From the NCBI RefSeq assembly GCF_006345805.1, contig NC_042999.1, positions 51,274,001 through 51,338,000 of the forward strand: DNA of 64,000 bases, read 5' to 3'. Source of the DNA: Octopus sinensis (taxonomy: Eukaryota). Both the position numbers and the translations under genes were made by a program. Positions 1 through 12,313 of this stretch are shown piece after piece (positions within the stretch are counted from its first letter, which is position 1; each line of letters opens with the position of its first letter). Below the pieces are notes generated by a model. The model was given only the letters and a program-made list of their open reading frames with translations. It was not told where the DNA came from and searched no databases.

Positions 1-470
1 GATAAAATTTTGAGAAAGTGCTAAGGACCAGGTCACGGCGAAAGATTGGTGATCGTTGTTATTATCTTCCCAGAAAGATGATGGACAATAACAGCAAGGT
101 AGAGACGTCGCCACCACCACCACCACCACTACCACCAAAACCACACACACACACAAACATCCCGTACCACTACCTCGACATACCCACCACCCTTCACCAC
201 CCCTCATGATCCTTGGCGTAGCTATCTCTCTCTCCACAGTGTTACCCAGCCACATTAGACTAAAATTACAGACACTTCCTTCCTCACACGGCTGATAATA
301 ACCACCAGACACACACCCCACGCACCCAAGACACTCGCCCCGACACAGACCAGACATTCCCCGCACCCCACTACAGACTGTCATCCATCCCCACAGTCAT
401 CAAGGAAACAAAGCATTTGTTTTTTTCCTCCACTTGCAGTCGAGACAACATTTGAACTATTGACCTCATT

Positions 471-477
471 TACAAAC

Positions 478-544
<67 letters not shown>

Positions 545-563
545 CACAAACACACAGGCACAA

Positions 564-594
<31 letters not shown>

Positions 595-609
595 ACACAC
601 ACACACACA

Positions 610-647
<38 letters not shown>
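471..647. repeat. imperfect (CA)n microsatellite
   Basis: Direct reading; explains the His/Thr and Cys/Val ORFs. Confidence 0.98.
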
Positions 648-649
<2 letters not shown>

Positions 650-793
650 TCCTACTCCGATGCGAGCGCACATATATCTGCGTTAATAAAAACAACCGCG
701 CACAGACGCACGCTCATATTTGCATAAATTTTATTGACAACTGCACCAGTACATACATAGACATACATATATACATGTATACATATGCACACA

Positions 794-886
794 TGTGTGT
801 GTGTGTGCATCTGTCTATGTATGTATGTATGTATGTATGTATGTATGTACGTATGTATAATCTATCTATCTATTTATCTTTCTTTC

Positions 887-961
<75 letters not shown>

Positions 962-1110
962 CTTTCTCTATCTATCTATCGATCTGTCTCTCTGTCTATC
1001 TATCAATATGTCTGTCTGTCGATCTATCTATCAAACTAGCTAGCTATTTATTTGTCTATCTATCTAAGTAGTTATCTGTCTGTCTGTCTGTCTCTCTCTA
1101 TCTTTCTATC
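794..1110. repeat. compound (TG)/(TATG)/(TCTA)/(TCTG) microsatellite
   Basis: Direct reading. Confidence 0.95.
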
Positions 1111-1194
1111 TACAGAATGGTTTCTAATTGAGGTACTAGGCCTAGAATTTTGCAGTATGCGGAGGTAGTCAATTACTAGTTGACACTAGTCAAA

Positions 1195-1290
1195 TGACTG
1201 GTAATTCAGTCTGTTTTATCATCCACGGAGGAAATGAAAGGCAAAGTTGTCCCGGCAAGATTTGAAATCAGAACGTAAATCCTGGAAACA
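1195..1290 (-). mobile_element. SINE family C fragment
   Basis: Reverse complement matches the ttacgttctg...ctttgcctttcat core of the copies at 13989, 24299 and 60248. Confidence 0.55.
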
Positions 1291-1392
1291 CACACTGCAT
1301 AGCATTTTGTGTGACGCTTCAACAATTGAGCAAATCCACTGCACTTTACGTACGTACACACGTACATAGGGCATGCATGCATGTATGCATGA

Positions 1393-1485
1393 ATGCCTAC
1401 ATACATACATACTACATACATACATACATACATACATACATACATACATACATACATACATACATACATACATACATACATACAT
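1393..1485. repeat. (TACA)n microsatellite
   Basis: Direct reading. Confidence 0.97.
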
Positions 1486-1754
1486 GATGGCCGTCCACTC
1501 GTGACCGAGGAAGACCATTGCCAACCTTCAGGAACATTGTGCGCTCTAGGACTAACTTATATTTTGCATTTGCGGCTCCGTTGGTGGCTAATGAGCCCTG
1601 CTCTTGACAAGCATACACGACTGCAAACATTGCAGACCAAGCTTTCCCCATTCACTATACGAGCCGTGCGCTTTCGCGCAGCTCGCTTAAGTTCTTCATG
1701 CTGGATACGTGCTCTCTCAAAAGTGTCGATCCCCTCCTTAACCTGCTTCCTCCA
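1486..1754 (-). mobile_element. 5'-truncated RTE-clade (BovB/Perere-3-like) LINE 3' end
   Basis: Minus translation WRKQVKEGIDTFERARIQHEELKRAARK...CNVCSRVCLSRAGLISHQRS is the typical C2H2-like C-terminus; a short 3' UTR runs into (ATGT)n. Confidence 0.75.
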
Positions 1755-1799
1755 TACATACATACATACAGACAGACAGACAGAAACCATGCTTAAAAC

Positions 1800-3860
1800 T
1801 CTTCCTCCAAGATCATTGTGAAAGTAATAACGTCACTGCACAACAAGCAGCTGGAAAGAAGGGAATCTGGGGATGTGCCCAGCAATTGTTAATCAACAAA
1901 ACTATGAAGTCAGAGCATAGGAAGAACCTCATTTCAATGTGGTCGGACTACAAGAAATCCTTTGGCTCTGTCCCTCAACTCTTGGATGCTAGAAACCCTT
2001 CAGCTTGCTTAAGCTCCAGTGAGCATAGTCAAAGCCAATGTTGACCTGACTTCATTGAGGAGCACCATCTTGAAGTTAAATACAAGGAGTGACTGTATTA
2101 TCACTGATAGAATACAGTATCGCAGAGGTATATTCCAAGGGAACAGCCTCTCTGTGATGTTGCTTATACTTTCTGTAAACCCTTTGTCATTCATGTTAAG
2201 GAAGTTTGAATACTATCTCACTGATTCTCAAGGAAACAGAAATACCAAAATTACACACTGTTTCTTTGTGGGTGATTTGAAACTTTATGCAAAGAATGTG
2301 CATGAGACGAAAAAGAGCCTTGACCAAGTAACAACTTTCTCGAAGGATAGAAGGTTGAAGTATGGTCAGTATAAATGTTGCTGTATGGTTGAGAAAATAG
2401 GGAAATCTGTAAAACAGACAACCATTTTGATCAATGACCGAATTGTTTTCCCCTGCATCTGACGAGGAATGTTACAGTTACCTTGGGGTAGATGAAAACA
2501 TATCTTATGATGACACCTGTAACAAGACACGTGCCGAATAAGGAAAATATGAACCTCAGAACTCTCTGTATTCAATAAAACAGTGGGTCAAAATGTATTT
2601 GCAATGCCAGTAATCTTACCAACGTTTGGGCTTCTTGGTTGGGCGCTTGATGAGATCCGAGCCATTAATGTGAAAACCAGAAAGATACTAACCAGCACAC
2701 TTAACTTCCATATTAACAGTGACGTAGACCGCCTTTACCTAAAACACAAACATCGATCCAGACTGCCTTTGAATGCCGTATGATATCCCTTCGGCAACAT
2801 TTTTTAACCATCAAGTGTTGAAGCGCACCCCTTGACAAAGCTTGCATACATGAGGCTAAAAACATCATAAGACTTGGAAAGTTGCTCCTTGAGCAGTATT
2901 CCTTGTCTGATAACCTAAAATACATGCTCAAAGAAGTCGTACGACTCTACCACAGCTAATTTGTCAGATGAAACGACGGGCGTATATCAGCAGAATACCT
3001 TGCATGGATATGTTAATAGAAAGCTCTGGAATGATAGTACCATTGATTATCAAAGCAGTCTATCATGGATCAACAACAGGGTTAGTAACTCCCATTGTAC
3101 TTTGAAGGGCGTGCGTTTGCAATCAAGGAACAAGAAATATCAACCAAATACCTGATGCACAAAAGGGACAGAGATTCAGGAAAAGCAGCAAAATAGGACA
3201 ACCGATGCAGACTTTGTGGAGTTAACACCGAAGATATCACCCATATCATAAGCTGTTGTCCGAAAATGGTATCACGGTATTATCTACCGATGAGACATGA
3301 CGTTGTAGCTAGGACAGTCTACAACGAGATCCGTCGAAAGGAAAACTCCGAGGACAAAAAAAAAAGAAGAACCCATAAACACTCATAATAAAAAGAAGTA
3401 TTGGTGGAATGTCCCAGTGAAGACCTCAATAAAATGTAAACTCAACAGACCTGATATAATGATTTGGGATAGAGAAGAGAAACTGTGCACAGTTGTGGGA
3501 ATCAGCTGCCCAACAGATGTTAACATAGAGCTCAAGGTGAGAGAAAAACAGAATACCTATGCTGAACTATTGAGAAATCTACAGTTACTCTATCCAGATT
3601 ACAAGTTCAGGTTTATACCTGTAATTATTGGGGTACTGGGATATGTAACACACTGCCTAAATACCAATCTTGAGAAATTAGGCTTCTCAAAACCAGAAAG
3701 GAGAAAGCTGATTCAAAGACTACAGATCCAAGCCATCACTGGAACTGTAACAATTTGAAACACTTTCCAGGTTATCATTTAAATATATATGAGCATGTCT
3801 AGATATGCAAGTATATGCATGGGAATACATACATAAAACAAAATGTACAAATCTGCACAT
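1800..3860 (+). mobile_element. degenerate R4/Dong-like non-LTR retrotransposon (RT + CCHC knuckle + restriction-like endonuclease), 5'-truncated
   Basis: GIFQGNSLS and ITHCFFVGDLKLYA (RT); RCRLCGVNTEDITHIISCCP near 3203-3263 (CCHC); RPDIMIWD..CTVVGISCP (RLE); multiple stops and frameshifts. Confidence 0.85.
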
Positions 3861-3862
3861 AT

Positions 3863-3897
<35 letters not shown>

Positions 3898-3908
3898 TAT
3901 ACACACAC

Positions 3909-3951
<43 letters not shown>

Positions 3952-3975
3952 TACATATATATATATATGTATACT
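3860..3975. repeat. (CA)n/(TA)n microsatellite
   Basis: Direct reading. Confidence 0.95.
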
Positions 3976-4339
3976 AGCTGAGTATCCTGTCATTGCCAGG
4001 TAATTTTTCCAATAGCGGACTTTCAGAATAGCACACCCACATAAGTCGGAAATTCTGTTTCCCGAAGATTTTTCAAATTCTTTGTTCACCACAACCTTGC
4101 AAGCGATGGGGAAGCGGTGAGGGGGAGGGGTAGAAGGTTTTTATGAAAACAGTTTTTGAAAATTTATGAATCCTCTCTTCCTCTTTTCCAGACCGATTTC
4201 GTCCATTTTTTTAAAATCCCTTACTCACTTAAAAAGAATGGGAAACGCTTTTTCAGTCAAAAAGAAAATAGGCTTTTTTGAAAATATATGTATTTTTTCC
4301 CAATCCTCAACCCCGAACCAGTACCAGTTTCGGCCAAAG

Positions 4340-4510
4340 TTTTTTTTTTTTTATTTCCTTTTCTTTCTTTCTTTCTTCCTTTCTTTCTTTCTTTCTATCT
4401 TTCTTTCTTTCTTCATTTCTTTCTTTCTTTCTTTCTTTTTTCCTTTCTTTCTTCCTTCCTTTCTTCCTTCCTTCTTTTCTTTCTTCCTTTCTTTCTTTCT
4501 TTCTTCCTTC

Positions 4511-4547
<37 letters not shown>

Positions 4548-5029
4548 TTCCTTTCTTTCTTCCTTTCTTGTTTTCCTTTTCTTTCTTTCTTTCTTTCTTT
4601 CTTCCTTTCTTCCTTCCTTCCTTCTTTTCTTTCTTCCTTTCTTTCTTTCTTTCTTTCTTTCTTCCTTTCTTCCTTCCTTCCTTCCTTTCTTTCTTTCTTT
4701 CTTTCTTCCTTTCTACCTTTCTTCCTTTCTTTCTTTCGTTCTTCCTTCCTTCCTTCTTCTTTCCTTCCTTCCTTTCTTCCTTCCTTTCTTTCTTCCTTCC
4801 TTCCTTTCTTCCTTTTTCCTTCCTTCCTTCCTCTTTTCTTCCTTTCTTTCTTCCTTCCTTCCTTCTTTCTTCCTTTCTTTCTTCCTTCCTTCCTTCCTTT
4901 CTTTCCTTCTTCCTTTCTTCCTTCCTTTCTTTCTTCCTTCTTCCTTCCTTCCTTCCTTCCTTCCTTCCTTCCTTCCTTCCTTTCTTCCTTCCTTCCTTTT
5001 TTCCTTTCTTCCTTTCTTTCTTTCTTTTT
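4340..5029. repeat. ~690-bp polypyrimidine (CTTT/CCTT)n tract
   Basis: Nearly pure C/T on the plus strand; only a handful of purines. Confidence 0.98.
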
Positions 5030-5832
5030 GTACTACATATTTAAAAACGATGAGAGAAGCATTGAAGTTTAAAAAGGAAATTGGAAATCGGCATTCACCC
5101 TCATCATAATCGCCACTTCTTTTATTTTCAAACAGAAAATGAAAGGTAATTTTAAAACAATAGAGAAATATTTTTTTTAATTTTCATTTACCAGGCCCCC
5201 CCACCTCATAAATCCTAATATTTCGACTTGTTTATAAAATCGTAGTTTTAAAATACAGACACAACATATCTGTAATTTGCTTCTGTTAATAATTTCAAAA
5301 TAATATTCAGATGAAAAGGTGTGTGATTTAAATGAGATTTAGTTGTTGTTTCTAGCACATCCCACGACCACCAGGTACTTTACTCGTTTCTTTGTCATCT
5401 GACATGTATTGCTGTTTTTCAATATTTTTCTCCCTACAAACTCGTTTTATCGAATGACGATGCAATGGTCCAAGGCTGGGATTTAAGCAACAACAAAAAA
5501 TTATTTCTATTTTTAACCTTCATTCTGCATCAAGTGTGTGTGTGGGTGGGTGTAAGAAAAAAATCATATTTATTAACAGAAAAGTCTAAGAAATATTGCT
5601 ATTTAAATTTTTTTACCCCTACACGCATCCAGTGGGTGTGTGTATCCGTGTGTATTTGGGTAAGAAAAATGCATGTCCACTATCAGAAAAGTATGTTATT
5701 AAAATAATCTTTTACATACATTTTTTTAAATGATTCTGTCGCCCTAATGAAAACTCTTACACACATACATACACACACACAGCGTACGTGATATGCTTTT
5801 GTAGTGAATGATAAAGTTTACCATGAGAAAAT

Positions 5833-5837
<5 letters not shown>

Positions 5838-5883
<46 letters not shown>
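5838..5883. repeat. (GA)n microsatellite
   Basis: Direct reading. Confidence 0.97.
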
Positions 5884-6025
5884 TCAGTTGCTATCATAGA
5901 TTTTAAAATGAAGTGAAATTTTTCAAATTTAATTCTATTGATATACATTTTCACGTTGAATCCGAGTTTGTGATTCATTTACTCTAGGAAAATGTTAAGA
6001 AAATGTAAGAGAAGTTTAAAGATTA

Positions 6026-6333
6026 TCTTTATATATAAAACTAAAGTTGTGTCTGTGTGTATCTGTCTACTCTGATTTAGATTCCTAACTACTCCCACAT
6101 TTTGCGGTGCAGTTTAACCAAAAGCGGGTATTTTATAGTCGTGATTCATATCGAGCCCTTCTAGGTATTAGCGCGCGTCTACGATGAGTCTACGATTAAA
6201 AAAAAAAATTACCATCATTTTTCCGCATTTTTTATGATTTTTTGCTCGGGTTATATAAGGGAAGTAACTCTCAAAAAATGCTTATATAGTTATTTCCCTT
6301 ACAAACCCAAGCAACGCCGGGCGATACTGCTAG
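6026..6333 (+). mobile_element. non-autonomous Helitron-like element
   Basis: A|TCTTTATATATAAAA 5' end; GC-rich subterminal gcaacgccgggcg then CTAG|T 3' end; inserted between A and T, no TSD. Confidence 0.75.
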
Positions 6334-6600
6334 TTTCTACTAAAACAGGATTTGGAAGCTAAGCATTTTGTGCGTGATAAACTGTGCATCATTAAATGAA
6401 AGTATAGTAAAGATAGAGAGAGACTGATTGTGATTAAATAGAGAGTGGAAGACTGAATCATTTCTCGCAGGAAATTATTCTTTAATATTATTATTTACGG
6501 ACGTCATTATCATTGAGACGCAGATTTCGAAAATCAAATTCGTTTCAGAGCCTTTTTGGGTTAAACACACATACATGATCACTCGCATTTCTATAGTACG

Positions 6601-6979
6601 TATCGACCGCGCGTACTCAATGTATGGATGTATTTTGTTTGTTCGCTGGTTCACTGCGTGGTAGCGCTTGGGGATGACACCCTCATAATGCTGGGTTTTA
6701 AATCATCAGAAAATCGTAGACGGTGAAACAACTCGCATCCGATCGAATTCAGGAGTAATGGATACCGATATCTCGCCATTTTTTGTGACTTATCAACATC
6801 ACGTACCCGAATCGTATCTCTCAGCCCTGAATTTGTTTGGAGGCAAAATGCCTCATTTTCCTATGACTTTCAGATGTTTTAACATCAAATGTTATAAGGA
6901 AGTGATCCACAAGCGCTATGTATGCCACAGCGAACCGGCGAACGAACAAAATACATACATTGAGTATGTGCGGCCGATA
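6601..6979. mobile_element. MITE with long terminal inverted repeats
   Basis: 6601-6674 is the reverse complement of 6906-6979 (roughly 80% by eye), with weaker similarity further inward; TA at both ends. Confidence 0.7.
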
Positions 6980-7321
6980 ATGCTTTCAAAACTATTATTC
7001 GGTATTGAATGTGTGTGTGCGTGTGTGTGCATACTATATACGCAGTTTAACAATCTTCCTCCTAATTTCATTTAATTCAACAAGACACTGTCCCCATGTA
7101 CCATATTCCATTCTTCAAACGCTTGCCGCAGTCCCTGGTAGAAGACGCCCAAAATGTGCCGCATATTGAAATCGAAACTAGGAACTGCTGTTTGGGAAGT
7201 GAACTACTAAACCACACAAGCATGCGCATAACAATAACAATAATCTTTTCTTCTATAGGCTTAAAGCCTGAAATTTTGCACGCGGGGACAAGTCGATTGC
7301 TCGTCTAGTATTTATTTTATG

Positions 7322-7945
7322 GGCCCCTACCATTCCACTTGGCTTGAGGGGTCTTCTCAAGCACAGCATATCGCCAAAGGTCTCGGTCACTAGTCATTGC
7401 CTCTGTGAAACCCAGAGTTCGAAGATCATACTTCACCACTTCGTCCCATATCTTCCTGGGTCTACCCCTACCACAGCTTCCCTCCACGATTATAGATCGG
7501 TACTTCATCACACAACTGTCCTCGTCCATACGCATCACATGACCATACCAGTGCAGTCGTCTCTTTTGCACACAACATCTGATGCCTATTATGCCCAACT
7601 TTTCTCTCAAGATGCTTACACTCTGTCGTATATGCACACTGATATTGCACATCCAGCAAAGCATACTGGCTTCATTTCTTTCAAGCCTACGCATGGCCTC
7701 GGCTGTCACAACCCGTTTCACTGCCGTGTAGCATAGCTGTTCGCACAGAAGCATCATACAGTCTGCCTTTCACCCTGGGGGAGAGGCCCTTTGTTACCAG
7801 CAGAGGTAGGAGCTCTCTGAACTTTGCGCAGCCTGTTTTTATTCTCACAGCAACATTCTCGGAGCATCCACCTCCGCTACTAACTTGATCACCTAGATAA
7901 CAGAAGCTATCTACTATCTCGGTGTAATATATAAATCTGATTCCA
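7322..7945 (-). mobile_element. RTE-clade LINE C-terminal fragment (same family as 26757-31693)
   Basis: IVDSFCYLGDQVSSGGGC, RRLHWYGHVMRM and GRGRPRKIWDEVV motifs. Confidence 0.9.
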
Positions 7946-7984
7946 CGGGGTAGACAGATACTAATGTGTAACATAACCAAAGTG

Positions 7985-9950
7985 ACAAAACAATTGAAGA
8001 ATCTAACTCTCTCTACAAACGAGATTGCGAAAAAAAGTAAGAAAATAAAGAACAGTGAACCAGACCTTAAAATGCCTTATGGAAAAGACACTTCATTATA
8101 GGGACACCGAGTTGTGGAAAATATAAAAGCTAATCCTAAGCTTTTTTTCCCACTTTGCTAAGCAAAAATCATCACCCCATAACCAGATTAGTCCACTAAT
8201 GGACCAGAATGGATAAAATACGAATGGTTCATCACAGATATGCGCACTCTTGACTCAACAATACAACAGTGCTTTCTCTCAACCTATGATTGACAAAATA
8301 GAGCATAATCCAAAGGAATTCTTTGATCCCCAATATTCAACAGCACAGGCAGTGGAGGCGCAATGGCCCAATGGTTAGCGGACTCGCGGTCGGAGGATCG
8401 CGGTTTCGATTCCCAGACCGGGCGTTGTGTGTGTTTATTGAGCGAAAACACCTAAAGCTCCACGAGGCTCCGGCAGGGGGTGGTGACGACCCCTGTTGTA
8501 CTCTTTCGCACCAGCTTTCTTTCACTCTTTCTTCCTGTTTCTTGTCCCCGACTTCCTACGCAACCGCTGAGCCTGGATGCGCATTTATCAATCCGTCGAT
8601 GCTCTTGGTGTCGGGGGGTTGACCTGCTTTCTCTTCTGCGGATTTTACGAATAACAAAGGACTACGTTTCGGACTTCTCCCACTGGGACGAAGACCGCTT
8701 CGCTCAACAAACCAACAAACAGTACAGGCACGTCTAGAGATTTTATATATTATGGAAGAACACATAGTTACAGCTGTTAACGATCTAGATTCAAATTCAG
8801 CACCAAGACCAGATGCCCTCCCAGCTACACTATTGAAAACTTGCAAAAACAGCCTCGCCGAGCCATTAAAGTTATTATTTCAAAAGTCGCTTGAAATAGG
8901 CATATTCCCAGAACTGTTGAAAGAAACAACAGCAATACCTATCCAAAAAGGAGGTAGAAGGGCCGAAGTAAACAATTACAGACCTGTATCTCTCACATCT
9001 CACACGTAGAACGCATTTTCCGAAAAAGAATAGCTGCATATCTCGAGGAGAACAACCTCTCATGGTTTTCAGACTGGGCGAGGTTGCTTGACACAACTAT
9101 TACAACACCATAACACTATCCTCAATAATCTCCTGAATGGAAAGGACACTGACTGTATGTACCTTGATTTTGCTAAAGCATTTGACGAGATTGATCATGG
9201 AATCATCTGTCATAGGATAAGGGATCTCGGCAGCATAGGAAAACTCGGAGAATGGTTCTTTGGACTTCTTACGGGATAGGAATCAATATGTTGCTGTGAA
9301 AGGTTATCTCTCGGCAAAGTCGCCCGTAATAAGTGGTATACCTCAGGGTACAGTTCTAGAACCATTATTATTTACCATAACCCTACCAGGCATATGCTCA
9401 CGAGTGCAATCATCCAACCTAATGAGTTACGCCGACGACACGAAAAAATCAACGGCTGTCTAAACTCCAGAAGATGCCATCACACTCCAAAATTACCTAA
9501 ATATCATTTATCAATGGGCGGATAAAAATAATATGAAATTTAATGCATCAAAATTTCAGGCTCTTCATTATGAAGGCAACTGACACAAATACCAATATCT
9601 GGCGCCAGATAATACAATGATCCAGAGCACTGACGACATACGGGATTTAGGAATAATCATGTCCAATGATGCCTCTTTCATCAGCCATATCACCTCTACT
9701 CTAAATGCAGACATCTCATAGGATGGATCCTACGAACTTTCACAAGAGAACCGGTAGTTGTGTCAACACTATGGAAAACCTTAGTTCTGAGCAGATTAGA
9801 TAACTGCTCACAGCTTTGGTCTCCAAATTCACTCGGTCTCATAGCAGAAATTGAAGGGTTACAAAGAAGATTTATCAGTAAATAATTTCAGTTAATGGCC
9901 TTAATTACGGGGAACGCCTGAAATCTCTGTGTCTCTACTCTCTTGAACGC

Positions 9951-9984
<34 letters not shown>

Positions 9985-10410
9985 ATTATATACGCATGGA
10001 AGATCCCAGAGGAACATGTTCTAAACATCGGTATAAAAGCGAATTTTAATGCTCGAACTGGTAGGTACTGTCAGCTTCCAAATATACTATCTTCAAACTC
10101 ACGAGCAAAAAACACCTTACTGTACTAGTCTAATACTCAGAGGTCCTCAAGTATTCAACTGCTTACCTAAAGAGATTAGAAATAAAAAGGGACCTCTATT
10201 GAAACTTTCAAAAAAGCACTGGATCAACTCCCAACGACGATACCGGACCAACCAACCAACCATTCAAGGATACACTCAGAGAAGATCAGTAACTACAAAC
10301 TCAATCAGCGACCAATTTTCAATCATAAAGCGACAGCAAAACTTTTGAAAACAAACCAAACAAATTAAGGCAGTGCTCCAGCATGGCTGCAGTCCGGCGA
10401 ATAAAACCAT
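7985..10410 (+). mobile_element. degenerate CR1-clade-like LINE (RT and 3' end), interrupted by a SINE
   Basis: NNYRPVSLTSH, YLDFAKAFD, GIPQGTVLEPLLF and SYADDTK motifs; 3' tail ggcagtgctccagcatggctgcagtc. Confidence 0.9.
8354..8717 (+). mobile_element. tRNA-headed SINE family B, long-tail form
   Basis: A-box-like TGGCCCAATGG and B-box-like GGTTTCGATTCC; flanked by aacagcacaggca / aacagtacaggca (13-bp TSD, 1 mismatch). Confidence 0.85.
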
Positions 10411-10776
10411 TAAAAGAATAGAATAATAAATATAATATTGATCTGATAGTAGTGAGAATTCTCTGTTAGTATTGCATCAGCATCGCTGTATTTCGGCGCT
10501 CTTTCAAGTTTGTCTTGAGTTGCAAGCTGAGTACGTGCGAATCTGTCATCATCACTGATTGATGAGGCTGGGTGAAACCTGAAAGAGATTTTGGCAATGA
10601 ATGCCTGTGATTGGAAGGAAATCATATATACTGAATTACGGAGATGTACTTGCATAGCAAGTGCTTTGATCTGAGATCGTGTGCTGAAACGAAAACAATT
10701 GCAGCGTGGAAGGTGTTTGTAAGCCATTTAAGAAACATACAAAAGCCGTTCGATTCACCTCAACATTTAAGTTTAA

Positions 10777-10827
10777 TTTGTCAAAATATTTTCGTCGCTT
10801 TAAGACCGCGACCTGTTCACTGACAAA
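10777..10827 (-). ncRNA. minimal type-I hammerhead ribozyme motif, G3:C8 variant
   Basis: Minus strand: UUUGUCA GUGAACA G GUCGC ggucuuaaa GCGAC GAA AAUAUU U UGACAAA; 7-bp stem I, 5-bp stem II, palindromic stem III. Confidence 0.7.
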
Positions 10828-10867
10828 AATCCGTGCTGCATCTGAGAAAGTAACAGTTAGTTCGTTA

Positions 10868-10995
10868 TAAATATGTACGTATGTATGTGTGTATGTATGT
10901 ATGCACGCATGTATGCATGTATGTACGTACGTACGCATGTATGTATGTATGTATGTTTGTATGTATGTATGTGTGTATATGCCTGCACACACACA
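10868..10995. repeat. (TATG)n/(CA)n microsatellite
   Basis: Direct reading. Confidence 0.93.
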
Positions 10996-11846
10996 CTATA
11001 AACTTAAAGCTATAAACCTGTAGTGGTGGATAGGTGTTAACTGACCACTCATCACAACAATATCAAATTTCACCCCCCCCCCGCCCCCGCCGAAACTAGG
11101 AAGTGATTTACGACCCTTACCCCCACGACAAAACTCTAAAACCTATTATCAGCCACTTATCTCTATATCTCAAAACCTTTTGTTTTACTATTACTTACCT
11201 TTTTTTTTCTTTCTTACAAACACTTTCCACGCTGCATATATACTGAGAATTTGTTCTAAAGGGATACGGAAGATATAATGATGCTACTTTGAGAAGCTGT
11301 CTCTCTGAGAGGTTCAGCCAGGAAAAAAAACAACATATTTCTACAATTATTAGCAATTTGTGAAGCTTCCCCTTCTCCCATACCTTTTAACGCTGCCATG
11401 ACAGTCTTTATTCTCCTACTCTTGTCTCCCTTACATCTCGAGAAATGTACTTCATACGTACTGTAATCCCCCTCCTCCTCTTCATTAAGCTAAACCAGTC
11501 TAGGCTGGGGCGATGTGGGCGGCTCGTTCCGAGTGATGTTCTTATGAGGATGACACTTCTTGACACTCTGAGCCTGTAAAGGAGACGAGAAGAAGGCAAA
11601 CTGAACGGCTGCCTCGAGCGGCGCCACTGCTCAGCCTCAATTTTTTTTGTGTTTGTCTGCTTGATATATCTTTTTTTCCTTGTAGATCTTCAACTAAAGT
11701 TTTACCTGACCCTACTGGCGGCTGGGTTCAGGCTGGTAGAGATAGGTATCATGGTTAAAAGGAATGACAGAAGCAAGAAAGGAATGTAAGAAAGGGTTAG
11801 ATAACTTGGCCCCCGAATGCTTAAGTAACGTGAGGAGTTAAGTCAA

Positions 11847-12313
11847 TCTATCGATATACTACTAAAGCTTGCTTGCTTGTGTGAGATCTTGTCTGTAATT
11901 TAATACAACCGAACCGGCGCATAATGGAAAAATACTCTGAAAGTAAGGAACCCCTGAAATGTGAATACAAACAGAATAAAACACGTTTCGCGTAAATCGG
12001 ATTTCCGAGATACGCGGTTTATTATTATTATTATTATTATTTTTTGTTTTTGGTGGGGTGGTTCCCCACAAATTTAAGCAGTGAAACCTGGAGTTATTGC
12101 TTTTTATTGTGGACACCTGGATAGTTTTGTCTGCGTGCTTGCTTGCCAAACGGGCGCGTAATGGGAAATACTCTGAAAGTTAGGTGCCCCTGAAATGGGA
12201 ACACAAACGGAATAAGACAAGATTAGCGTAAATCGGACCACGGGTTCCCGAGATATTAGGTTTTTTCGGGTACCCTGAACTATTGGTGGCCCAACGGGTC
12301 ACGGATAGTCTAG
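11847..12313 (+). mobile_element. non-autonomous Helitron-like element with an internal ~85-bp duplication
   Basis: A|TCTATCGATATA 5' end; cccaacggg subterminal hairpin then CTAG|T; direct repeats near 11916-12000 and 12153-12237. Confidence 0.65.

Noticed and set aside
18-209. Proline-rich ORF MMDNNSKVETSPPPPPP
   Set aside because: Runs through (CCA)n and (CA)n repeats; no convincing splice signals or homology.
381-1524. Long His/Thr, Cys/Val and YLSI/MYVC ORFs
   Set aside because: Translations of microsatellites.
4166-5109. Three 260-290-aa Phe/Leu/Ser ORFs resembling membrane proteins
   Set aside because: The pyrimidine tract cannot contain stop codons; artefact.
5136-5145. Possible 10-nt micro-exon (ttttcaaacag|AAAATGAAAG|gtaatt)
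   Set aside because: Not a multiple of 3, no partner exons; such motifs arise by chance in AT-rich DNA.
8354-8430. tRNA gene (also 12412, and the heads of SINE A and C)
   Set aside because: A and B boxes are present but there is no complete cloverleaf or T-run terminator; each continues into a SINE body.
10555-10595. Third hammerhead (ttgatgaggctgggtgaaac)
   Set aside because: Stem II cannot form and there is no stem I or III.
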